Shown here piece by piece: positions 27,137-36,667 of a stretch of 42,763 nucleotides of DNA; position 1 is the stretch's first letter; each line of letters opens with the position of its first letter. Location of the stretch: positions 1 to 42,763 of the forward strand of contig CAJTWX010000003.1 in the NCBI GenBank assembly GCA_910580155.1, written 5' to 3'. Below the pieces are notes generated by a model, which did no database searches, was not told the origin of the DNA, and was given only the letters and a program-made list of their open reading frames with translations. The stretch comes from an uncultured Alphaproteobacteria bacterium. GTDB lineage: Bacteria; Pseudomonadota; Alphaproteobacteria; RF32; CAG-239. Made by a program: the position numbers and the translations under genes.

Positions 27137-28990
27137 TTAAATATCATTTTTTGCACAAGGTGTTCCCGGAGCGCATTTGTGATATACTTTTGCGCGCCTG
27201 TATCCTGTTAATCCTTTATATTCCATTGTCTGAATATAAACGTTGTTAACAGTAATTGTAAATCCAAGCACAGCGCTGTTGCCGGAATTATCCAACGCAT
27301 AAACTTTAATACGATAATCCCCTTCATCTTCCATTGTCGGATGACCAGTGAAGGTATGTGTTTTGTCATCATACTTCAACCAGGCAGGCAGCCCTGCATC
27401 ATCCAAAGAACCGGCAATGGTTCTATATTCGCCGTTCCAATTAACTTTTTGAAAAGCCTCATCTGGAATGGTAATGTTAACATCCGTCCCCGTGCCGACA
27501 ACAACATTAGGAACCAGCGCCGCAGAAGAAATATCTGCCGGCGGCTTTTGCCCCGCGTGTTTAGCTAAAGCACCTTTAACATCTGCCGCAAATATACCAT
27601 TGCTCCAATTATCAAGCGATTCTCTGATTTGTACGGCAATAACAGACGGGGTGTCGTTCAGCATTGAAGCCGGAACCGCATCCATCCCGACACTGGCATA
27701 AAGTCTGCCCATTGCTTCCTGAACATCAATATAAGATAAAAATGCATTCGCTTCGTCAATAATAGCACGAGCCGATTCTAAATGGCTGATAGCCTTATTG
27801 GCACCTTCCTGATTGGTAATATCTTCGGCAATGTCTTCAGATGTTGCCGCCAGCCCCATATTCAAATAGTAGTCTTCAACAGCTGCCTGATACATTGCCC
27901 AAGAGAGATATACCTGATTGAGTACGATATGTGCCATTCTTTGGCGGGCTAATGCTTTATAAGACTGTTCATTACTGTCAGTCGTTTCCTCAAAAACAGT
28001 CATCGACAGATTATTGGAGTCTTTTGCCCATTTTCTGTTATAGTAATTCGGGTCTTGGCGGTAGTCACTGTTATTGACATTGTCAAAATCCTTAATAACA
28101 AGCTGTAATTCGTCTTTGGATGTTCCTAAATCAAAAGCTCTTAATTCAGGGCGATTCGTTAAAGCAAGCCATTCCAACTGTTGGATTTTTGCACGCAAAG
28201 ACGGAACTGGAAAATTGCCATATTCCGCACCGGCCAGCTTGATTTCAGTAGAGGGATACAAGCCGAGCAAACCAGCAAATTCGGTTTGTGCCGTGTCAAA
28301 CTTTTGGCGTAATTCTGCTAATTGTCTGATATTTTCCAGATAAGTTCTTTTTCTGACCAGCAGATTCGTTGAGGGTGTTTTTCCTGCTTTTGCCATTTCA
28401 TTGGAACGGGCGTTAATTTCATCTACCACGCGAACCAGATATTCGCTCATATCGTCAATCACCGGAATGAGGCGTTGCGCAGCTAAAGCCTTCCAATACA
28501 AAGAACGCGTTTCAAGCATAATATTGTTAACCACTTTTCTGGTCTGTTCTTTTACAGCATCTTCCTGCGCAGCTCCGTTGTTTTGATAGTGCAGGGCAGA
28601 AAGGTCTAAAAGGTTCCACGAAACTTTTAAGTCTGCCGGAACAGCATTGGAATTTGTCGCATTTTCATATCCCAGATTTTCAGCCATTGCCGGCAATACA
28701 GCCGGAGAAATGTTTCCGGAAGCTAGGCTTTCTTTGTAACTGGCGAGCCTTCTTGTATAATTATATTTTAAAGCCAGAGCCATTGCCATATACATATCAA
28801 CTGGTTTTGAGATTTGAGATGGTGTTCCGATATACATATTTTGCATATCAACATCAGCTCTGACTGCTCTGTCCCAGTCAGAATAATATGCAGACATTAC
28901 GGGCGCTTCAACAGTAGTTTCAGGCGCAGAAGTAGAGCAAGCGCCTAATATTCCGGCAAAAGCTCCCATAAAACAAACAATTTTTTTCAT
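27137..28990 (-). CDS. TolC-like (outer membrane factor family) lipoprotein with C-terminal cadherin/Ig-like domain
   Basis: ATG 28990 has GAGGGA 6 nt upstream. Lipobox MKKIVCFMGAFAGILGAC. OEP-type blocks MAMALALKYNYTRRLA, KVSWNLLDLSALHY and LEWLALTNRPELRA. The C-terminal LPAWLKYDDKTHTFTGHPTMEDEGDYRIKVYALDNSGNSAVLGFTITV fits the putative-Ig/dystroglycan-type cadherin-like repeat pattern. Confidence 0.65.
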   Translation of the reverse strand: MKKIVCFMGAFAGILGACSTSAPETTVEAPVMSAYYSDWDRAVRADVDMQNMYIGTPSQISKPVDMYMAMALALKYNYTRRLASYKESLASGNISPAVLPAMAENLGYENATNSNAVPADLKVSWNLLDLSALHYQNNGAAQEDAVKEQTRKVVNNIMLETRSLYWKALAAQRLIPVIDDMSEYLVRVVDEINARSNEMAKAGKTPSTNLLVRKRTYLENIRQLAELRQKFDTAQTEFAGLLGLYPSTEIKLAGAEYGNFPVPSLRAKIQQLEWLALTNRPELRAFDLGTSKDELQLVIKDFDNVNNSDYRQDPNYYNRKWAKDSNNLSMTVFEETTDSNEQSYKALARQRMAHIVLNQVYLSWAMYQAAVEDYYLNMGLAATSEDIAEDITNQEGANKAISHLESARAIIDEANAFLSYIDVQEAMGRLYASVGMDAVPASMLNDTPSVIAVQIRESLDNWSNGIFAADVKGALAKHAGQKPPADISSAALVPNVVVGTGTDVNITIPDEAFQKVNWNGEYRTIAGSLDDAGLPAWLKYDDKTHTFTGHPTMEDEGDYRIKVYALDNSGNSAVLGFTITVNNVYIQTMEYKGLTGYRRAKVYHKCAPGTPCAKNDI

Positions 28991-29124
28991 TAGTTTTCCC
29001 TCAAACATTATTGTTCGAATAAATATTTACACTAAATATTTTTTAATTGATAGTATTTTATTTGATTTTATACAACTTTCATATAAAATAGAAATAATAC
29101 GAAAATATAATCGATGGTGGGAAA

Positions 29125-29859
29125 ATGTTTGATTTATTTTATACCCTGTTCAAATATAAAGAAAAAGCTCAAAAGGACGAACTCGGCTATTATCCTGAAA
29201 AAGTGGATGTTCGGGCTTTTCCTGAACGTCGTTATTTATGGACATCGCGTTTTTTTGTTGTAATTTCAGTAATCAGCTTGTGTTTGAATATGGTTTTGGG
29301 TGGTGTGCTCACTCTGCTTATTCCGCTGCAGGAGGTGAAAGTAATGCCGCTGCAGATAGATTTTGACCGCTATCAGATAACGGCAATGCAGCCTGCGGAA
29401 ACCAGCGCTTATGCCGGTGATTTGGTGACAGAGAGCCTGATGGCTAAATATGTGGTTCAGCGTTACACACTTGGTGAGGATTATGATGAAATGATGAACC
29501 GTTTTGGGGAAAACGGATTTATATATTTGGCATCAGGTGATGAAGTTTATAGTGAATTTCAACAAAACGAGTTGCCATATTTTGAATCTCTGCAAAAAAA
29601 GAATGTAAAGCGGCAGGTAAAAATAAATATGATATATCCTGTTTCATATGATTTCTGGCAGGTGCGGTTTGAAACGATTGATACCGGAGCAGATTTCAAA
29701 GAGCCGCTAGTCAGCCGTTGGATTGCCACGCTCAGGATGAACTTTAACTCTGCCAAATACGAAGATAAACGGCTGGGGCTGATAAACCCGTTCGGCATCA
29801 CAATCACGCACTACGATTTGTCTTATATGGGCAATAATATTAAGAGTACTCGCGAATAA
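29125..29859 (+). CDS. VirB8 family (type IV secretion system-like, NTF2 fold) bitopic membrane protein
   Basis: It has the VirB8 layout: a short cytoplasmic N-terminus, one TM (FFVVISVISLCLNMVLGGVLTLLI), and a periplasmic domain. IPLQEVKVMPLQID, SLMAKYVVQRYTLGEDYD and RWIATLRMNF...RLGLINPFGITITHYDLS align by eye with Agrobacterium VirB8 LPLKTVVPMVVTVD, ALNKYFLAQYIRAREGYS and HWVATITFSY...RLINPLGFQVSEYRAD. Confidence 0.7.
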   Translation: MFDLFYTLFKYKEKAQKDELGYYPEKVDVRAFPERRYLWTSRFFVVISVISLCLNMVLGGVLTLLIPLQEVKVMPLQIDFDRYQITAMQPAETSAYAGDLVTESLMAKYVVQRYTLGEDYDEMMNRFGENGFIYLASGDEVYSEFQQNELPYFESLQKKNVKRQVKINMIYPVSYDFWQVRFETIDTGADFKEPLVSRWIATLRMNFNSAKYEDKRLGLINPFGITITHYDLSYMGNNIKSTRE

Positions 29860-29965
29860 GCCTGCATAAAAAAGATAAATTTTTTATATTTGTTTACTAT
29901 TTATTGAGTAAATTGCTTATAATATTGCGGAAGTGAAATAATTTAAATTTAAGGATTTAACACAA

Positions 29966-30592
29966 ATGAATAAAAGTGCATTGGAAGTTTATGACAACAC
30001 GCTTGTCCCGATGGTAATCGAACAAACCTCAAGAGGAGAACGTTCTTTTGATATTTTTTCACGTCTTTTAAAAGAACGTATCATTTTTTTAACCGGTGAG
30101 GTAAACGATGAAGTGTCATCGTTGGTTTGTGCTCAGCTCTTGTTTTTAGAGTCGGAAAATCCTAAAAAAGATATTTTCTTATACATAAATTCTCCCGGAG
30201 GTGTTGTTACATCCGGTATGGCAATGTATGATACAATGAAATATATTTCTTGCGATGTGGCAACGTTGTGCATCGGACAGGCCTGCTCAATGGGATCGTT
30301 CTTGCTTGCCGGTGGTACAAAAGGCAAAAGATATTCTCTGCCGAACTCGCGCATAATGATTCACCAGCCCTCCGGCGGTGCCCGCGGTATGGCTTCGGAT
30401 ATTGAAATTCAGGCACGCGAAATATTAGAATTAAGAAAACGCTTAAACAAAATTTATGCGGAAAATACCGGTAACAAGCTTTCCGTAATTGAAAAAGCAA
30501 TGGACAGGGATAATTTTATGAATCCGGAAGAGGCTAAAGAATTCGGGTTGATTGACCACATTGTAAAAAATCGTTTGGAAGTTATAAAATAG
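29966..30592 (+). CDS. clpP: ATP-dependent Clp protease proteolytic subunit
   Basis: [29 protein letters not shown]. Catalytic Ser in [11 protein letters not shown] and catalytic His in IMIHQP. Confidence 0.95.
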   Translation: MNKSALEVYDNTLVPMVIEQTSRGERSFDIFSRLLKERIIFLTGEVNDEVSSLVCAQLLFLESENPKKDIFLYINSPGGVVTSGMAMYDTMKYISCDVATLCIGQACSMGSFLLAGGTKGKRYSLPNSRIMIHQPSGGARGMASDIEIQAREILELRKRLNKIYAENTGNKLSVIEKAMDRDNFMNPEEAKEFGLIDHIVKNRLEVIK

Positions 30593-30601
30593 GATAAAAA
30601 T

Positions 30602-31855
30602 ATGAGTGATACGGAAGATAAAGTTTTACATTGTTCTTTCTGCGGCAAGAGCCAAAACGAAGTCAAAAAGTTAATTGCCGGTCGCGGCGTATATATTTGT
30701 GACGAATGCATTGATGTCTGCATCAATATTGTTTCACAGGAAGTCAAAGAAGAACGCAAAGCAGAAGGCGGTGATATTCACGAACATCTGCCGACGCCGT
30801 CAAAAATTAAAGAATTTCTAGACCAATATGTTATCGGGCAGGAATATGCCAAAAAAGTTTTGTCCGTAGCCGTATATAACCATTACAAGCGTTTAAATAA
30901 CAAACGTAATAATCCGGATGTAGAAATTTCCAAGTCAAATGTTATTCTCATCGGGTCAACCGGTTCCGGTAAAACATTATTGGCGCAGACGTTGGCAAAA
31001 GTTTTGGATGTTCCGTTTGCAATAGCCGATGCCACAACTCTGACTGAAGCCGGCTATGTTGGTGAAGATGTTGAAAATATTGTCTTGAAATTAGTTCAGG
31101 CGGCTGATTACGATATTGAAAAAGCTGAACGTGGTATTGTTTATATTGATGAGATTGATAAAATCACCCGCAAAACAGACGGTCCGTCAATCACGCGCGA
31201 TGTTTCAGGCGAAGGCGTACAGCAAGCTTTGCTGAAAATTATAGAGGGAACGGTTGCAAACATTCCGCCGCAAGGGGGCAGAAAACATCCGCAACAGGAG
31301 TTTTTGCACGTTGATACGACCAATATTCTCTTTATCTGTGGTGGTGCATTTGCCGGATTGGAAAAAATTATCGGTCGCCGCGGCGAAGAAACCTCTATCG
31401 GATTCGGAGCACAAATAAAAGCTACAGAAGAAAAAAGTCTGGGTGAAATCTATAAACAGGTTCAGCCGGAAGATTTATTGAAGTACGGCCTTATTCCCGA
31501 ATTTGTCGGACGTCTTCCCGTTATTGCAACACTGGATGATTTGAATGAACAAGCCCTGATTAAGGTTTTGACCGAACCAAAAAATGCGATTATCAAGCAA
31601 TATAAAACCTTGTTTGATATGGAAGACGTTAATCTGAGTATCACAGATGATGCACTAGTTGCAATTGCGAAAAAAGCTATTGAGCGCAAAACGGGCGCGC
31701 GCGGTCTGCGGGCAATTATGGAAGAAAATCTGCTTGAACTGATGTATGATATTCCGGATAAAAAGGATGTAACGGAAATTATCGTTGACGCCGGTGTAAT
31801 CAGTGAAGGCAAAGCGCCGACATACGTCCGTAAGCGTCATAAAAAAAGCGCTTGA
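30602..31855 (+). CDS. clpX: ATP-dependent Clp protease ATP-binding subunit ClpX
   Basis: Zinc finger [26 protein letters not shown], Walker [12 protein letters not shown], Walker [10 protein letters not shown], pore loop GYVGEDV, IGF-type loop region. Confidence 0.95.
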   Translation: MSDTEDKVLHCSFCGKSQNEVKKLIAGRGVYICDECIDVCINIVSQEVKEERKAEGGDIHEHLPTPSKIKEFLDQYVIGQEYAKKVLSVAVYNHYKRLNNKRNNPDVEISKSNVILIGSTGSGKTLLAQTLAKVLDVPFAIADATTLTEAGYVGEDVENIVLKLVQAADYDIEKAERGIVYIDEIDKITRKTDGPSITRDVSGEGVQQALLKIIEGTVANIPPQGGRKHPQQEFLHVDTTNILFICGGAFAGLEKIIGRRGEETSIGFGAQIKATEEKSLGEIYKQVQPEDLLKYGLIPEFVGRLPVIATLDDLNEQALIKVLTEPKNAIIKQYKTLFDMEDVNLSITDDALVAIAKKAIERKTGARGLRAIMEENLLELMYDIPDKKDVTEIIVDAGVISEGKAPTYVRKRHKKSA

Positions 31856-31866
31856 TTATAAAAATA

Positions 31867-31896
31867 AAACCGCTGAAAAGCGGTTTATTTTTTTAT
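31867..31896. terminator. bidirectional terminator between convergent clpX and the 195-aa ORF
   Basis: AAACCGC-TGAAAA-GCGGTTT followed by ATTTTTTTATATTTTT. An A-rich run lies on the other side. Confidence 0.8.
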
Positions 31897-31900
31897 ATTT

Positions 31901-32488
31901 TTAACGTTCATCAAACAATAACATTTTTGCTTTTTCTTCAAGCTCTGGACAAAGGGCAAATAAACGGTCGAAAAGATTTTTGGCTTCAGCCTTGGAATAC
32001 GCACCGTTTTCTAATCTTAAAACAGCATAACTTGTCACTCTGAAAATATCATCACATAATTCAGAATGCAGTTCCAGCAGTTTTATAAGATGCTGATAGA
32101 GGTTAACCAGTTTGCCTTCGCTCCAGCAGTTGACTTTCAGCCATTGTATAAGTGTTTCAAAACCTTGCTGGGCACAAGTTATATCCGCATTGATTATGCG
32201 AACAAGCAAGGTCAGTGGTGTGCGGCGGTATTTGTTATAAATAATTTGTAAAATTTCAAAAATTTCCGGACAATATTCTTTTGTTTGTAGTAAAATCCCC
32301 TCTAATATGGCACATAAATCGCCAATATGCGCATCATCATTGTTTTTTACAGTCAGACGAATTTTCATAACTCTCAAAATATTCGGACATTCTTCAGGAA
32401 AAGCTTTTATGTAATCAAGAAAAAACTTTATTTGGGCTTCTCCCCCAAATTCATTTGCAAAATGCGATTTATTAAATATCTTAACCAT
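31901..32488 (-). CDS. hypothetical all-helical cytoplasmic protein, last gene of the leuS-lptE-holA operon
   Basis: 195-aa ORF with no signal peptide or TM. Its ATG shares one base with the holA stop (TAATG on the minus strand). A terminator follows directly. No family recognised. Confidence 0.5.
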   Translation of the reverse strand: MVKIFNKSHFANEFGGEAQIKFFLDYIKAFPEECPNILRVMKIRLTVKNNDDAHIGDLCAILEGILLQTKEYCPEIFEILQIIYNKYRRTPLTLLVRIINADITCAQQGFETLIQWLKVNCWSEGKLVNLYQHLIKLLELHSELCDDIFRVTSYAVLRLENGAYSKAEAKNLFDRLFALCPELEEKAKMLLFDER

Positions 32489-33513
32489 TATCTAAATCTC
32501 TTAACTCCATTGGTTATCCGCATCAATGCAAAGCTGACAGCCTGCTCTGCGGGGAAATCTGTCGTTTTGCACTCTCTTTCTGTTTGATACAAAAGGGAAA
32601 GAGCGTTCAAAATTCGACTTCTGTTCCAAACACGCAGTTGATTTAAAAAAGCATTTTTACGGAAAAACATTAATGGCGGGCGCAAGCCGAAAACAACTTT
32701 ATCAGCAGTTTCCCCTTTTTCCATCTTAACAGCGCAGTCAAGCAGTTTCATAAAATGATAGCTGATGGTACGAACAATTGACACCGGATTTTCGCCTTCA
32801 AACACCAGCCGGTTATAAGAGGCCAAAGCCTTATCTGTCAGCCCCTGGGCAATAAAATAGCACAAATCTTCTTGCGAAGAAGCAGATGTATCGCTGATAA
32901 CCGTCAAAACGTCGTTCACGCCGATGGTCTTATTTTCTCCCATATAAGTAACAAGTTTATCAAGTTCGTTTGCGCTGATTTTCCGGTCATTTGATAGGCG
33001 TGAACACAGCAACTGAAACGCATTGTTATCAATATTTACCCCGTTTTTTGCCATAAATTTGGACGCAAACGCCGTAATGTCCTCATCGCGGTCGTCATAG
33101 CAGCCGATGCCATAAAAATCTGCTTCGTCTTTTGCCATAACCGCAAGCGAATCTTTGGTTTTAAGTGAAGAAGATGTTATAACGAGCAGACTGTCGGAAG
33201 AACTGGAGGCAAGAAGTTCCCTTAAAGGCTTCGTTAATAAGTTTGTGGCCTCTTTAATGACCACCACACGTCGTCCGCCCATTAAAGACTGGGCATTAAA
33301 TTCCGCATATAAAGCCCCTATATCAGAAGCAATATCTGTCATTTCCAGATAACTCACGTGGAATGCATCGTAAATATCAGGGGATATTGCTTTAATAAAC
33401 TGCTGCGATAATGTCGCAATCATTCCCTCGTTACTGCCATAAATAACCACGCCGCGAATTGACGCCGGCAAAGATTTGATAAGATTTTCAACCTGTTCCG
33501 GTTTAATATTCAT
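32488..33513 (-). CDS. holA: DNA polymerase III delta subunit HolA
   Basis: Its position after lptE matches the conserved leuS-lptE-holA order. The N-terminus MNIKPEQVENLIKSLPASIRGVVIYGSNEGM and the ~340-aa length fit HolA. ATG 33513 is chosen over the ORF-track start 33555. Confidence 0.8.
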   Translation of the reverse strand: MNIKPEQVENLIKSLPASIRGVVIYGSNEGMIATLSQQFIKAISPDIYDAFHVSYLEMTDIASDIGALYAEFNAQSLMGGRRVVVIKEATNLLTKPLRELLASSSSDSLLVITSSSLKTKDSLAVMAKDEADFYGIGCYDDRDEDITAFASKFMAKNGVNIDNNAFQLLCSRLSNDRKISANELDKLVTYMGENKTIGVNDVLTVISDTSASSQEDLCYFIAQGLTDKALASYNRLVFEGENPVSIVRTISYHFMKLLDCAVKMEKGETADKVVFGLRPPLMFFRKNAFLNQLRVWNRSRILNALSLLYQTERECKTTDFPAEQAVSFALMRITNGVKRFR

Positions 33514-34066
33514 CCGGATTGCCCCGCTTTGTTTGCAGCGAATGGAAATATGCACCTAGTCGTAAAGAAATATCATTGGCAATAATTTTCGCGGCATTTT
33601 TTTCAATTTTCTTTTGTGCAAAAGTTGTCGAATATGGGTCGCGTAAAATGTCATAACCAAGATAAGCAACGCTATTGCCACCGATTAAATTGCTGTGTTC
33701 CTTATTTTTTAACACATAGCTAACTGTATAAATAACCTTCTTGCGTGTTGCCGTAATATCATTTCTAAGCGCTTGGTCAATTTCTTGCTTTTTGATATTT
33801 GTAACTTTCAAATAATATTTAGGGTGCTTGGGTTGACCTTTCGGACTTAACTTATCAAGCAAATCATTGCGGATAAGCTGTCCGATTCGGTCTTGTATAA
33901 GCTCAACCTTCACGCTGGCCATTTCTTCAATAATACCAGTATCAAATTCATTATCATAATACCAGTCGCCGGAGGTTTTTTTCTCCACATAAAGCGGTTC
34001 AAACCCACATCCGGCAATCAGGGCAAAAAGCGCTGCCGCTGCTATATTTTTTTTACTATAAAACAA
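33503..34066 (-). CDS. lptE: LPS-assembly lipoprotein LptE
   Basis: Lipobox AALFALIAGCGFEPLY, ~185 aa, immediately after leuS. The start codon is TTG; no ATG lies upstream of the lipobox. Confidence 0.8.
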   Translation of the reverse strand: MFYSKKNIAAAALFALIAGCGFEPLYVEKKTSGDWYYDNEFDTGIIEEMASVKVELIQDRIGQLIRNDLLDKLSPKGQPKHPKYYLKVTNIKKQEIDQALRNDITATRKKVIYTVSYVLKNKEHSNLIGGNSVAYLGYDILRDPYSTTFAQKKIEKNAAKIIANDISLRLGAYFHSLQTKRGNPDEY

Positions 34067-36533
34067 TGTTTACAATCCTATTTGGTACAACAATTACTTT
34101 TTTCGGTTCAGAGCCGGCCAATTGTTTGGCGACATTATCCAGAGATTTGGCCATTTCAATGACTTTATCTTTGTCCATATCTCGCTCGGTTTCAATCGTT
34201 CCGCGCATTTTTCCGTTAATCTGTACGGCAATCGTCACCGTATTGTCTTTGGCAAGTTCAGGGTTGCCCTTGGGCCATCCCTCTTTGGCAATAAGCGTCG
34301 TTTTGCCGAGCCTTGCCCACATTTCTTCCGCCAGATGCGGCGCAAACGGAGCAACAAGCTTCAGCAAAGTAACATACAAGTCCTCAGAAACTTCTGGTCT
34401 GCCGGCAAGATAATTCACATATGTCATCAAAGAAGATACCGCCGTGTTGAATTTCATCTGGTCGATACGTTCGCTAACTTCCAAAATGCATTTATGCATC
34501 ACCTGCAAGTCTTTGCCGGTCGGAGCAACAGCAGTCACTTTGCTGAATAATGCAAAAATTTTGTTTACAAAGCGGTATACGCCGTTCAGGCTTTCATCAG
34601 ACCACATTGCAACTTGGTCAAACGGCCCGATAAACATTTCATACATTCTGAAAGCATCCGCACCATATGCGTCAATCACATCATCCGGATTAACTACATT
34701 GCCGCGGGATTTGGACATCTTTTCGCCGTTCTCAGCTAAAATCATACCGTGTGATGTGCGTTTGTTATAAGGCTCAGGCGTTGAAACACAACCGCAGTCA
34801 TACAAAAACTTATGCCAGAAACGGGAGTAGAGAAGGTGCAGTGTTGTATGCTCCATACCACCGTTATACCAGTCTACATTCATCCAGTAGTCAAGTGCTT
34901 CTTTAGAGGCAAATTCTTTGTCATTGTGCGGGTCGCAATATCTTAAGAAATACCACGAAGACCCAGCCCAGTTCGGCATAACGTCTGTTTCTCTTTTGGC
35001 TTTTCCCCCGCATTTCGGGCAAGTTGTATTAACCCAGTCAGTAGCTTTGGCAAGCGGCGAGTCGCCTTCATCATTCGGCAAAAAGTCCGAAATCTGCGGC
35101 AAAGTAAGTGGTAATTCACTTTCCGGAATTGGTTGCCAGCCGCAATGCTCGCAATAAACCATCGGAATAGGCTCGCCCCAATAACGTTGCCGAGAGAAAA
35201 CCCAGTCGCGCAGTTTGAAGTTGATTTTTGCTTCGCCGATTCCATTTTCTTTTGCAAAATCAATAGCAGCTTTAATGCCGTCTTCTTTGCCCATTCCGTT
35301 AAGGAAATCGGAGTTAATGTGCTGTCCGTCTTCTTCAAAAGCCTTTTCGGTAATATCCCCGCCTTCCAAAACCGGAATAATCGGCAAATCAAAAACTTTC
35401 GCAAAGTCATAGTCGCGCTGATCGTGTGCTGGCACCGCCATAATTGCCCCCGTGCCGTAACCGGTCAAAACATAATCAGAAATAAAAATAGGAATAAGCT
35501 TGCCGTTAAACGGATTCTTTGCTTTAATTCCCTTTAATTCCACACCTGTCTTGGAATCATCAGCCGTTCTCTGCAGGTCAGACTTTTTAGCTGCTTCTGC
35601 AACATATTTTTGAATTTCCGCACTGTTGGCGAAGCGCTCTTTAAATTCTTCAACGTATGCGTGCTCGGGCGCCATAACCATATAGGTCACGCCGAAAGCC
35701 GTATCCGGACGTGTTGTAAATACACGAAGCTTTTTGCCCAAAGCAGCACCGTCATTGTCCGTAATTTCAAAATCAAGCTCAGCACCTTCCGAGCGTCCGA
35801 TCCAGTTAATCTGTTGTGATTTTACTCTGTCAATAAAATCAACGTCTTTCAAGTCGTCAATCAAACGGTCGGCATATTTGGTGATGGCAATCATCCATTG
35901 CTCTTTGTCTTTACGTACCACTTCTGCCCCGCAACGCTCGCAATGCCCGTTCACAACTTCTTCATTAGCCAGACCAACTTTACAGGCAGGGCACCAGTTA
36001 ATCGCAATTTTAGATTTATAGGCCAGCCCTTTTTCGAAAAACTTTAAAAACATCCACTGCGTCCATTAATAATATTCTGTGTCGCAGGTATAAAAACATC
36101 TGTCCCAGTCAAAAGAAAGCCCGATAGCTTTCAACTGGCGCGTAAAGTTTTCAATATTTGCCTTGGTAGAAACTGCGGGATGAATGCCGGTCTTAACTGC
36201 ATAGTTCTCCGCCGGCAGTCCGAAAGCATCAAACCCCATCGGGTACAAAACATTAAAACCTTCCATTCTTTTTTTGCGGCTGATTACATCAAGCGCCGTA
36301 TATGACCGCGGATGTCCGACGTGCAAACCGGCGCCGGAAGGGTAGGGGAACTCAACCAATGCATAAAATTTTTCTTTATCGTGGTCAATTTCTACTTTAT
36401 AGGCTTTTTCATCTTCCCAGATTTTTTGCCATTTGGCTTCAATTTTCTTAAAATTGTAACGTTCTTCCAGCTCCCAGTCTTTTTGCCATTCTTCAAAGCT
36501 GTTTTTTCCATTATATCTGGCATTTGCAACCAT
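34056..36533 (-). pseudogene. leuS: leucine--tRNA ligase interrupted by one in-frame TAA (codon 156); otherwise intact over 825 codons
   Basis: ORFs 36066..36533 (HIGH motif HVGH) and 34056..36053 (KMSKS motif, zinc-binding CPACK...CERCG) are in the same frame. The minus-strand junction reads ...ACA GAA TAT TAT TAA TGG ACG CAG TGG ATG TTT..., i.e. TCDTEYY*WTQWMFLKFFEKGLAY. The conserved LeuRS block is PEYY(K/R)W.Q..F..L..KGL.Y. Confidence 0.85.
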
Positions 36534-36634
36534 AGTGTCTATCCTTATGCATCAAATTATCGTTTCTAAAAATTACATCTAAATTATCATAATGAAAAAA
36601 AAATACAACGCATTTTTAAAATTTTCAGCAAACT

Positions 36635-36667
36635 AAAACAAAAAAGCCGGACTTTAAATCTCGGCTT
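36635..36667 (-). terminator. rho-independent terminator of the mlaC-like gene (overlaps its stop codon)
   Basis: The minus strand reads AAGCCG-(12 nt loop)-CGGCTT followed by TTTTGTTTT. Confidence 0.6.
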
